The notes under the pieces: generated by a model
The model's input: the letters and a program-made list of their open reading frames with translations, nothing else
Told to the model about the DNA's origin: nothing
Databases searched by the model: none
Part shown: positions 1 to 7,632 of the stretch, piece by piece
How positions within the stretch are numbered: the first letter of the stretch is position 1
How the letters are laid out: each line of letters starts with the position of its first letter
Program-made: the position numbers and the translations under genes
Assembly (NCBI GenBank): GCA_945879785.1
Contig: CAMCVC010000002.1
Coordinates: 1 to 49,832 of the forward strand
Direction: 5' to 3'
Length of the DNA: 49,832 bases
DNA from: Staphylococcus epidermidis
GTDB lineage: Bacteria; Bacillota_I; Bacilli_A; RFN20; CAG-826

Positions 1-333
1 TTTAACTTCACTGAATATGGCCAACTTGTCTTTTTAGGGCAGCAACAAGCGGTGGTAGAAGAACAACTCATTCTAGGGGATGTCGATGTTCAACACATTC
101 ACGTCAATGGTGATCAACTAGAAGTGTTGGTTGCTCCCACAAGCTTCGCTCAAGCAAAAAAAATTCTTGAAAGCATGGGGGTCCAATCTTTTATTGCCTC
201 AGAAATCACCTTGATCCCGAATGACACGGTCACCCTCGAAGGTGAACATTTAGAACTTTTTAAACAATTATTAGATGTTTTGGATGAATTGCAAGATGTT
301 CAAAACGTTTATCACAACGTTGAGCTAGAATGA
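1..333 (+). CDS. YebC/PmpR (TACO1) family transcriptional regulator, C-terminal part; the 5' end lies upstream of the window
   Basis: Frame 1 is open from base 1 to TGA at 331-333. The tail LLDVLDELQDVQNVYHNVE resembles the conserved YebC-family C-terminus. Confidence 0.8.
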   Translation, partial: FNFTEYGQLVFLGQQQAVVEEQLILGDVDVQHIHVNGDQLEVLVAPTSFAQAKKILESMGVQSFIASEITLIPNDTVTLEGEHLELFKQLLDVLDELQDVQNVYHNVELE

Positions 334-354
334 GATAGTTTTCGTCTTTTTTCA

Positions 355-383
355 TTGACTTTTATAGGTTTGGTTAGTATTAT
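355..383 (+). promoter_or_regulatory. Sigma-70-type promoter for rplM-rpsI
   Basis: TTGACT (355-360), a 17-nt spacer, then TATTAT (378-383). It lies about 70 nt upstream of the rplM ATG, and AGGAGG precedes the start codon. Confidence 0.5.
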
Positions 384-453
384 TTATCTCGGCACTTTAT
401 TCGAGCATTTTTAAATTTGTTATTAGTAAAGCTGCAGCTCAGGAGGACGATTT

Positions 454-894
454 ATGCAACGTCAAACAACCCTTGCAAAACCTGCAAATGTATCTCACAA
501 ATGGTATCTCGTGGATGCCACTGGTTTACCTTTAGGTAGACTTGCTTCTAAAATTGCCCTTATTTTAATGGGTAAAAACAAAGCAACCTACACTCCAAAC
601 GTCGATGGTGGAGACTTTGTCATCATCATCAACGCTGAAAAAGTCGGTTTATCCGGCAATAAAGTGGAAAACAAGAAGTACTATAACAACTCCCAATACG
701 TCGGTGGATTAAGAACCCGTACCGCTGGTGTGATGTTAAAAGAATTTCCTGAAGAAATGGTGGAACGTTCGATTGGTGGCATGTTACCAAAAGGTAAACT
801 AGGTAAAGTCATTCATAGCAAATTGTTTGTTTATAAAGGTCCAAAACACGAACACGAAGCCCAAAAACCTGAAGTGTTAACCATTACCTTATAA
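454..894 (+). CDS. rplM: 50S ribosomal protein L13
   Basis: 146 aa. The N-terminus [17 protein letters not shown]...[11 protein letters not shown] is typical of L13. Strong SD. Conserved rplM-rpsI pair. Confidence 0.97.
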   Translation: MQRQTTLAKPANVSHKWYLVDATGLPLGRLASKIALILMGKNKATYTPNVDGGDFVIIINAEKVGLSGNKVENKKYYNNSQYVGGLRTRTAGVMLKEFPEEMVERSIGGMLPKGKLGKVIHSKLFVYKGPKHEHEAQKPEVLTITL

Positions 895-904
895 GGAGAG
901 TAAT

Positions 905-1309
905 ATGGCAACCAAGAAAAAAGAAGTGACCAAGTATTACGGCACAGGCCGTCGTAAATCCTCAAAAGCCCGCGTCTATTTAATGGATGGCAAAGGTTTG
1001 ATTACGGTCAATGGTCGTCCAGTTGACGAATACATGCCATATGACACCTTGGTGATGGATTTAAAGCAACCACTCGTGATCTCCAACAATGCGGATAAGT
1101 TTGACGTTGAAGCAACCGTCGTTGGCGGTGGATTCACTGGCCAAGCTGGTGCGATCCGTTTAGGCATCGCCCGCGCCTTATTAGAATCAGGGACGGAAAG
1201 AAGTCCTTTAAAAATTGCCGGGATGTTAACCCGTAACCCACGCGTCAAAGAACGTAAAAAATACGGTCTTAAAGCTGCACGTCGCGCGCCACAATTCACC
1301 AAACGTTAA
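905..1309 (+). CDS. rpsI: 30S ribosomal protein S9
   Basis: 134 aa. [14 protein letters not shown] near the N-terminus and a C-terminal [17 protein letters not shown] are typical of S9. SD GGAGAG lies upstream. Confidence 0.97.
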   Translation: MATKKKEVTKYYGTGRRKSSKARVYLMDGKGLITVNGRPVDEYMPYDTLVMDLKQPLVISNNADKFDVEATVVGGGFTGQAGAIRLGIARALLESGTERSPLKIAGMLTRNPRVKERKKYGLKAARRAPQFTKR

Positions 1310-1386
1310 TTCGTTTCTCTCACTTGGATTTTATATTCAAGTGTTAGGATATAGCGCTAGGTTTATCACACGTAGACCTAGACGAT

Positions 1387-1463
1387 GGGCCGTTAGCTCA
1401 GTTGGTTAGAGCACGCCCCTGATAAGGGCGAGGTCGATAGTTCGAATCTATTACGGCCCACCA
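1387..1463 (+). tRNA. tRNA-Ile (anticodon GAT), 3' CCA encoded
   Basis: Acceptor GGGCCGT pairs with ACGGCCC. D arm AGCTCAGTTGGTTAGAGC. Anticodon loop CTGATAA. T loop TTCGAAT. Ends ACCA. Confidence 0.93.
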
Positions 1464-1474
1464 TCAATGACATT

Positions 1475-1500
1475 AAAACTGTAGTGAAAGCTACAGTTTT
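1475..1500 (+). terminator. Rho-independent terminator after tRNA-Ile
   Basis: Perfect 10-bp inverted repeat AAAACTGTAG / CTACAGTTTT with loop TGAAAG. The 3' arm ends in TTTT. Confidence 0.7.
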
Positions 1501-1515
1501 ATTCATAAAGGACTT

Positions 1516-2904
1516 ATGATTCAAACCTTAAAAGATAAAATATTTTTAAAAAAATTCTTTGCCATCAGTTTCCCCGTCATGATTCAAATGCTGGTGTCTT
1601 TTTTTGTTTCCTTTATCGATAATGTCATGGTGGGCGGTATCTCGGATGATGTGGTTGGAGCGGTCTTCTCCGTCAATCAAATATCCTTTTTCTTCTTTGT
1701 CATTACTTATGGTTTACTTTCTGGCGCGTCGATTTATGTTCAACAGTTTTCCGGGGCAAAAGACGCCAAGCATTTACAACAATCAGTTCGTTATAAAATG
1801 TGGATTGGTATCTTATTTTTGCTGATCTTTATTCCTTTGATTTTATTTTTTGGTGAAGGCATTATTCGCTTCTATACACGATCCAGCACGAATCAAGAGA
1901 TCATTGTCGCTGAAGCGATGTTATATTTACCCATCATTGTTGCCTCGTACATTCCTTTGATGTTTGCGAATATCTACGGATCGACCTACCGCGAAATTGG
2001 GAAAACCAAACTCCCTGTTCTCATTAGTGTGATTTCTTTATTCATCAACGCGATCTTAAACTACGTATTTATTTACATTGTTCAAAATGGCATTATCGGC
2101 GTTGGCATTGCCACGCTCATCGCAAGACTGGTAGAAATGAGTTTCTTGATCTATATTTCCCATCGAAACAAAGAAACCTTTACCGTGGGTTTGTACAACG
2201 ATTTAAGCGTAGAACCAAAACTTATTCAAGCGATTAACAAAAAAACCGTGGTGATGTTGGTGAATGAAACCTTGTGGGCGGGTGGGATTATCATGCAACA
2301 ACTTGCGTTAGCGTCACGAACCAATGTCTTGTCCACATTATCGATTGTGTCAACCACCACAGAAATCTTTGGGATTATTTGGGCTGGTCTTGCCGTTGGG
2401 GTTGGGGTGATGCTTGGGACGACCTTAGGCGAAGGAAAGATTGAAGAAGCCAAAATCTTATCGAAAAAATTGATTTGGATGGGCATTATCATTTCCCTTG
2501 GACTAGGTTTCATGATGTTTTGGTTAGCCCCTGTGATTCCTCAATTGTGGAGTTCAGTGGATACCAATCAACAAGCCATGGCGACGTCCATCATCACCAT
2601 TTACATGTTCTTGCTTCCCTTCTTTAGTATTGCCAATGTGACGTATCACACGCTTCGCTCAGGGGGGAAGACGACCCAAGCGTTGCTCCTAGATGGCACC
2701 GTGATGTGGTTACTCACGGTTCCTTTGGCGTGGATCCTTGCCACCTTCACCTCGATCCCACTTGTCATCCTATGGGCAAGTGTCCAATCGATTGATTTAG
2801 CGAAAGCAAGTTTTGGTCTATATCTGGTTGGCCGATACGATTGGGCGAAAAATCTCACCAATCCTTTCGAAAAAAAATCCCCGGCGATTACCCTTTCAAA
2901 TTGA
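1516..2904 (+). CDS. MATE-family multidrug/toxic-compound efflux transporter
   Basis: 462 aa and highly hydrophobic, with about 12 predicted TM segments. N-terminal FPVMIQMLVSFFVSFIDNVMVGG is typical of MATE (NorM/DinF-like). SD AAAGGA. Confidence 0.85.
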   Translation: MIQTLKDKIFLKKFFAISFPVMIQMLVSFFVSFIDNVMVGGISDDVVGAVFSVNQISFFFFVITYGLLSGASIYVQQFSGAKDAKHLQQSVRYKMWIGILFLLIFIPLILFFGEGIIRFYTRSSTNQEIIVAEAMLYLPIIVASYIPLMFANIYGSTYREIGKTKLPVLISVISLFINAILNYVFIYIVQNGIIGVGIATLIARLVEMSFLIYISHRNKETFTVGLYNDLSVEPKLIQAINKKTVVMLVNETLWAGGIIMQQLALASRTNVLSTLSIVSTTTEIFGIIWAGLAVGVGVMLGTTLGEGKIEEAKILSKKLIWMGIIISLGLGFMMFWLAPVIPQLWSSVDTNQQAMATSIITIYMFLLPFFSIANVTYHTLRSGGKTTQALLLDGTVMWLLTVPLAWILATFTSIPLVILWASVQSIDLAKASFGLYLVGRYDWAKNLTNPFEKKSPAITLSN

Positions 2905-2938
2905 ATTAGTCGACTTGGTTTGTTATCATTAAATCCGC

Positions 2939-3014
2939 GGACACTTAGCTCAGCTGGGAGAGCGTTTCCTTCACACGGAAGAGGTCACAGGTTCGATCCC
3001 TGTAGTGTCCACCA
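2939..3014 (+). tRNA. tRNA-Val (anticodon CAC), 3' CCA encoded
   Basis: Acceptor GGACACT pairs with AGTGTCC. Anticodon stem TTTCC/GGAAG with loop TTCACAC. T arm ACAGG-TTCGATC-CCTGT. Ends ACCA. Confidence 0.85.
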
Positions 3015-3016
3015 TT

Positions 3017-3092
3017 GCCGTCATAGCTCAATTGGCAGAGCAATTGATTTGTAATCAATAGGTTGTAGGTTCGAGTCCTATTGACGGCACCA
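3017..3092 (+). tRNA. tRNA-Thr (anticodon TGT), 3' CCA encoded
   Basis: Acceptor GCCGTCA pairs with TGACGGC. Anticodon stem ATTGA/TCAAT with loop TTTGTAA. T loop TTCGAGT. Ends ACCA. Confidence 0.9.
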
Positions 3093-3103
3093 CGTTGCCA
3101 CTT

Positions 3104-3186
3104 GGGGATATGGCGAAATTGGCAGACGCGTTGGACTTAGAATCCAATGGGCAACCGTGCAGGTTCAAATCCTGTTATCCCCACCA
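3104..3186 (+). tRNA. tRNA-Leu (anticodon TAG), long variable arm, 3' CCA encoded
   Basis: Acceptor GGGGATA pairs with TATCCCC. Anticodon stem TTGGA/TCCAA with loop CTTAGAA. The extra arm is typical of class II tRNAs. Ends ACCA. Confidence 0.9.
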
Positions 3187-3343
3187 ATTTTTGAAAAAAT
3201 ACTCAATCAAGATAATTATTATCTACTTTTATCATGAAAGTTCTACCGATGGTCTTCGTGAATGATTAGACGAAAGACCCCTCATGAAAGCAACGCATTC
3301 ATCACCCTAACATCCACTGATGAAATCGGTTAAGATATAAACA

Positions 3344-4357
3344 ATGATAACCTTTGGTATCTTTTTAGACCAATCCCTTGTGTTATGGATTAGCCTTGTC
3401 ATCCTCGCGATTGTCTTTTTAATATTTTTTTTCATTGATTTCATTCTTAGGAAGGCCTTTTCAAGACGCTTTGATTTTCATCCTCACCTTAAATACTTTA
3501 GAATTTCAGATTTTCCGGATATAGACATGGATCCGATTGAGTTTAAGAATCGCCGTGGGTATGTTCTTCGCGGTGGGTTTTATTACGATGACCAATTACA
3601 ACCGCATCGAAAACTCATGGTGTTCTCCCACGGGATTGGACCCGGTCACCTCGCTTACACCCATCTCATTCATACCTTTGTTAAAAAAGGCTATGTGGTC
3701 TTTGCTTATGACAACATGGGTTGCGGTTTATCGGAAGGGAAATCCATTCGAGGGATTCCACAGGCGATCAGTGATTTACAAGATGCGTTGACGTATCTTG
3801 ATAAGACAACCTATGCGAAGTTACCGAAAACCTTGATGGGTCATTCTTGGGGTGCTTACGCTGTGCTCAGAGCCTCACAGATGAAGGTGAAGATTGACAA
3901 GATCATTAGCATCGCTCCATTCAATGATGTCAGTGAGATGTTAGGTCGATACATTCCGTGGATTAAAACGTTTAAATTTTTTATTCATATCCATAACCTA
4001 ATCATGTTTGGCCATCTTGCCAAGATGACCAGCTCGCAGTTGCTGGGGTCAACCACCACCAAGATCCTCTTGATTGCCGGTGAAAAAGATGATGATGTGC
4101 CTTTAAAAGGGAACTACGATGTGTTCATGCAAACGAAGAATCCTTTAAGCAACGTTTACTTAGCAAAAAATCATCGGCATAATCCGTATTTGAGTTTTCG
4201 CGCGGAGACGTATGTGATTGATACGATTTTAAAAGGCGCAGAAACGTTAGCCAAAGAAAAAGATATTAATGTCTTGAACGCATTTTTTAATAGCCTCGAT
4301 TATCAACTGGTTGGTGAACATGATCCCCTTATCATTGACTTGATAGAAAAGTTTTAA
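3344..4357 (+). CDS. Membrane-anchored alpha/beta-fold hydrolase (serine hydrolase)
   Basis: 337 aa. N-terminal TM helix (LVLWISLVILAIVFLIFFFIDFIL). Nucleophile elbow GHSWG. HG-type oxyanion region FSHGIGPGH. No obvious SD. Confidence 0.7.
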   Translation: MITFGIFLDQSLVLWISLVILAIVFLIFFFIDFILRKAFSRRFDFHPHLKYFRISDFPDIDMDPIEFKNRRGYVLRGGFYYDDQLQPHRKLMVFSHGIGPGHLAYTHLIHTFVKKGYVVFAYDNMGCGLSEGKSIRGIPQAISDLQDALTYLDKTTYAKLPKTLMGHSWGAYAVLRASQMKVKIDKIISIAPFNDVSEMLGRYIPWIKTFKFFIHIHNLIMFGHLAKMTSSQLLGSTTTKILLIAGEKDDDVPLKGNYDVFMQTKNPLSNVYLAKNHRHNPYLSFRAETYVIDTILKGAETLAKEKDINVLNAFFNSLDYQLVGEHDPLIIDLIEKF

Positions 4358-4408
4358 AAATATATACTTTTTTTTGTAATAACTATACAATAAAGTCGAG
4401 GTAAAAAA

Positions 4409-6445
4409 ATGGAAGGTAAATCATATTTTTTAAAGAAAAAAGGCGGGGTTATCCTGTTTGCTCTTTTGGCAGCTTTTTCTGGGGTGATAGGGATTGTGAT
4501 TCAACAAAACGCCTATTCATTACCAAGTGGAGAAGCCCGCACCAGCAACATGGAAAAAGTTATTACCATTGAAGAGAATGGTGATGTTCGCTTTCAAGAA
4601 AATCTTACTCGGTATTTTTCAACCCGGGTGTTTTTCCAAGACATCTATTACACATCGGATCATGAAGACATTCCGAAGAATGTATCCACACCTGCTTTTG
4701 ACACCACGCAATTTGCAACCAACATGTATGACATGAATGATACGTTGATGATTGCCAGTGAAGGTGAAGCTGTCACGAGCAACTATCAAGGTAACAATCT
4801 CATCTTGGGATACTCCTGGGATCCAAATAGCCGAGATGAATTCAATGACCCCATTGAAACCATTGATAATGAGTCTGTTGCTTGGTTTCATTATAACGAA
4901 GGAACCTGGGGAGACATTCGAATTGAAAATGATTATCGAATTAATGGGGTTGCTTTAAAGTATGCGGACACCGCAGAATTCTTTTGGGTGATTGCTGCGA
5001 CTGACAATATGCAGACAGAAAACATTGATGTCAAAGTCGTCTTACCTGGTATTAATTTGGACGTCGACCTTGTCGATGCCTACATCAATGGGTCATCCTT
5101 AGCGTCGATTCATCACATTGGTGTGAACGAATCCGGTCAAACTTATGTTCACATCAAAGCCGATCGTCTATATCCTGACGAATACAACACCACACGAATC
5201 AATTTTCCTGCTGATCGCTTAGTGATTGATGGTACTCAAGATAATCTATATGGCAATGATGTCAGTGATTACACAATCGCTAATGGTAAACCTCACTTAG
5301 AAAATGTCGCAACTTACGAAGCGGAAAGAGCTGCTTTTCGGCAAACCTATCAAATGGTCGATATTCTAGGTATTTCTATCCTCGTCATCGTCTTAGCGTT
5401 CTCTGCCTGGAAAATCCGCGATATTTATCTTAAATATGATAAAGAACACCCTACTGATTTTTATGGAGAATATTACCGGGAATTACCGGCGCAGTATGGC
5501 CCAGCGATCATGGGGTATTTATATCGATTTAAGGAAGTTGCCAAAGATGATGTCACCGCAACGTTAATGGATTTGATTCGGAGAAAATTTATTGTCTTGG
5601 ATGCCGGCACCGAATCGTTGACGGAAGCGAAAGTCAATTATGTGATGAAGCTCAACAAAGAAGCAGATCAAACTCTCTTACTTGCTCATGAAAAGCAATT
5701 GATTCAATGGTTCTTTGGCCTTGTCGCAGGCGGGGATACCTTATCCTTAAACCAACTTGAAGCGTTTACGAAAAAAGAAAACCAAGCGATTCGTTACATG
5801 AATGAAAATCAAACCTTCAATCGTGCCGTGGTCAGCGCCGCCCAAAGTGAATCGTTCTTTGATAATGTTAAAGAACCCGCCCAGAAAAATGGAGCCATCT
5901 TAGGCTTGACTGTTTTACTCGGCATCGGGTTTGTCGTCACAAGATATGTTCTTGTGCTCGGCACATTCACGGGTATTGTCGGTGGGATTCTCTTCGGTCT
6001 ATCAATCATCATTGGTTCGTATTTAAATTCAATTGAAAGACGATCGAAAAAAGGTAATGAAGATTATGTAAGATGGAGAGCCTTTGAAAAATTCTTAAAA
6101 GAATTTACCAACATCAAAGATTATCCAATGCCAGGAATGACCATTTGGGAACATTACATGGTGTATGCGACAGCCTTTGGCATCGCTGATTTGGTTGAAA
6201 AACAAATTCGATTCAAATACCAACAACTCAATCAAACCAATGAGTTAAATAAATCATCAACCTTCCGTTATCCTGGATTTTACCTCTATTCTAATCGGAT
6301 GATGGCCCGGTCATTTATGAGTGCCCAACAAACCATTTCCCAAGCTCAAGCCCAACGAAACAATTCTTCGGGTCGTGGTGGCGGTGGATTTGGGGGCGGC
6401 GGCGGTAGCCGCGGCGGAGGTGGCAGCGGTGTAAGAACGCGCTAA
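4409..6445 (+). CDS. DUF2207-family multi-pass membrane protein with Gly-rich C-terminal tail
   Basis: 678 aa. Order of parts: N-terminal TM, about 300 aa extracytoplasmic region, further TM segments, then tail SSGRGGGGFGGGGGSRGGGGSG. This architecture and the adjacency to lemA are typical of DUF2207. SD GAGGT. Confidence 0.75.
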   Translation: MEGKSYFLKKKGGVILFALLAAFSGVIGIVIQQNAYSLPSGEARTSNMEKVITIEENGDVRFQENLTRYFSTRVFFQDIYYTSDHEDIPKNVSTPAFDTTQFATNMYDMNDTLMIASEGEAVTSNYQGNNLILGYSWDPNSRDEFNDPIETIDNESVAWFHYNEGTWGDIRIENDYRINGVALKYADTAEFFWVIAATDNMQTENIDVKVVLPGINLDVDLVDAYINGSSLASIHHIGVNESGQTYVHIKADRLYPDEYNTTRINFPADRLVIDGTQDNLYGNDVSDYTIANGKPHLENVATYEAERAAFRQTYQMVDILGISILVIVLAFSAWKIRDIYLKYDKEHPTDFYGEYYRELPAQYGPAIMGYLYRFKEVAKDDVTATLMDLIRRKFIVLDAGTESLTEAKVNYVMKLNKEADQTLLLAHEKQLIQWFFGLVAGGDTLSLNQLEAFTKKENQAIRYMNENQTFNRAVVSAAQSESFFDNVKEPAQKNGAILGLTVLLGIGFVVTRYVLVLGTFTGIVGGILFGLSIIIGSYLNSIERRSKKGNEDYVRWRAFEKFLKEFTNIKDYPMPGMTIWEHYMVYATAFGIADLVEKQIRFKYQQLNQTNELNKSSTFRYPGFYLYSNRMMARSFMSAQQTISQAQAQRNNSSGRGGGGFGGGGGSRGGGGSGVRTR

Positions 6446-6508
6446 ATCATTGATCAATATTGTTAACTAAAAATAAAAGATGCTACAATAAATTTCAAGG
6501 AGAAAAAC

Positions 6509-7081
6509 ATGGAAATTTTAATTGGCTTAGGAATTGTCGTCGCGATTGGCGTTGTCATTGCCTTATGGGTCATTGGTGTGTATAACACCTTGGTTCAATC
6601 AAGAAACAAAGTGAAGAATTCTTGGTCACAAATTGACGTTCAGTTAAAGCGTCGTTTTGATCTGATCCCAAACATTGTTGAAACCGTCAAAGGCTATGCA
6701 AAACAAGAAAAAGAAATTTTTATGAACTTTGCGGATGCTCGTAAAATGTATGACAAGGGTTCTAAGAGTGAAAACGTCGGAGAAATGGCTCAAGCAAACT
6801 CGATGCTTGGTCAAACCTTAGGCCGTTTAGCGGTTGTCGTTGAACAATACCCAGTGCTTAAAGCAGACCAAGGTTTCTTAAAACTACAAGATACCTTAAA
6901 AGACACGGAAGATAAGATTTCCTTCACCCGTCAATTTTATAACGATGTCGTGTTATCGTATAACAATCGTCGTGAAGTGTTTCCTTCAAACATCATTGCC
7001 AATGCTTTCAAATTTAAAGAAGCAGAACTCTTTAAGTTAGATGATGTTGCTGAACGTAAAAGCGTCAAAGTAGCATTCTAA
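6509..7081 (+). CDS. lemA: LemA family membrane protein
   Basis: 190 aa. Single N-terminal TM, then YNTLVQSRNKVKNSWSQIDVQLKRRFDLIPN, which is typical of LemA. SD AAGGAG. Confidence 0.9.
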   Translation: MEILIGLGIVVAIGVVIALWVIGVYNTLVQSRNKVKNSWSQIDVQLKRRFDLIPNIVETVKGYAKQEKEIFMNFADARKMYDKGSKSENVGEMAQANSMLGQTLGRLAVVVEQYPVLKADQGFLKLQDTLKDTEDKISFTRQFYNDVVLSYNNRREVFPSNIIANAFKFKEAELFKLDDVAERKSVKVAF

Positions 7082-7101
7082 ACGTTTTGCCTAGATGCCC
7101 A

Positions 7102-7133
7102 AGCCCTTCCCACGTGGGAAGGGCTTTTTCTTT
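7102..7133 (+). terminator. Rho-independent terminator after lemA
   Basis: GC-rich inverted repeat AGCCCTTCCCAC / GTGGGAAGGGCT followed by TTTTTCTTT. Confidence 0.75.
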
Positions 7134-7149
7134 GTGATAAAATAAGGCA

Positions 7150-7632
7150 ATGAAACACGTCTTGTTTAAAAAAGAAACAACCCTTGGATTTAAACTTGAA
7201 TCCTTTTTTTGGCGACTATGGGACCAATCATTCTTTCGCTTTATCATCGTAGGTGGGGTTAACACGGCCTTAGGTTACATCTTAACTTTGCTGCTTCGTG
7301 TCGGATTATTTTCTGATCAACCAAAATGGGTATTGCTCCCCAACATCTTAGAATTTGATCTCAGCAACACGGTGATGTTTATGATTCTATTTCCTGTGTC
7401 TTATACCTTACAGGCAGTCCTTGCTTTTCGCCAACCATGGCGCTTTCGCCGACTGGTGATCTATCCTTTATCAAGTATTCCAAATTATTTACTTCAGCAA
7501 GGTTTTATTCTCTTGTTTGAAACAGCGTTAAGCATCCCATACATCATCGCCTATGGATTAGCGGCGATTATACCAATTCCTTTGATGTATCTTGTTGTTA
7601 AGTTTTTGATTGGTAACGCTAAAAAGAACTAG
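7150..7632 (+). CDS. GtrA-family small membrane protein (glycan/lipid-linked sugar translocation family)
   Basis: 160 aa with 4 TM segments. N-terminal FFRFIIVGGVNTALGYILTLLL is the GtrA-like signature. Confidence 0.7.
   Translation: MKHVLFKKETTLGFKLESFFWRLWDQSFFRFIIVGGVNTALGYILTLLLRVGLFSDQPKWVLLPNILEFDLSNTVMFMILFPVSYTLQAVLAFRQPWRFRRLVIYPLSSIPNYLLQQGFILLFETALSIPYIIAYGLAAIIPIPLMYLVVKFLIGNAKKN

Noticed and set aside
976-1302. A 108-aa ORF antisense to rpsI. Similar antisense or out-of-frame track ORFs lie inside longer genes, for example 1604-1825, 2226-2513, 3537-3791, 4619-4891, 10356-10610, 18314-18517, 24384-24618, 28175-28453, 32691-32951, 39522-39803 and 41997-42296.
   Set aside because: Each lies wholly inside a longer ORF with clear family signatures on the other strand or in another frame. 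Each has odd, Pro/Arg/Ser-rich or low-complexity composition and lacks an SD. I treated them all as chance ORFs.
3232-3290. A direct repeat TCATGAAAG (3232-3240 and 3282-3290) flanking an imperfect hairpin (3251-3279) downstream of the tRNA cluster.
   Set aside because: The 9-nt repeat occurs only twice in AT-rich sequence. The hairpin lacks a U-tract. The tiny ORFs it creates (8-11 codons) have no SD. There is too little evidence for a mobile-element scar, an sRNA or an attachment site.
6361-6430. A GGN-rich repetitive stretch that looks like a tandem repeat.
   Set aside because: It is in frame and encodes the Gly-rich C-terminal tail typical of DUF2207 and TPM-type proteins. It is low-complexity coding sequence, not a CRISPR array, VNTR or intergenic repeat.
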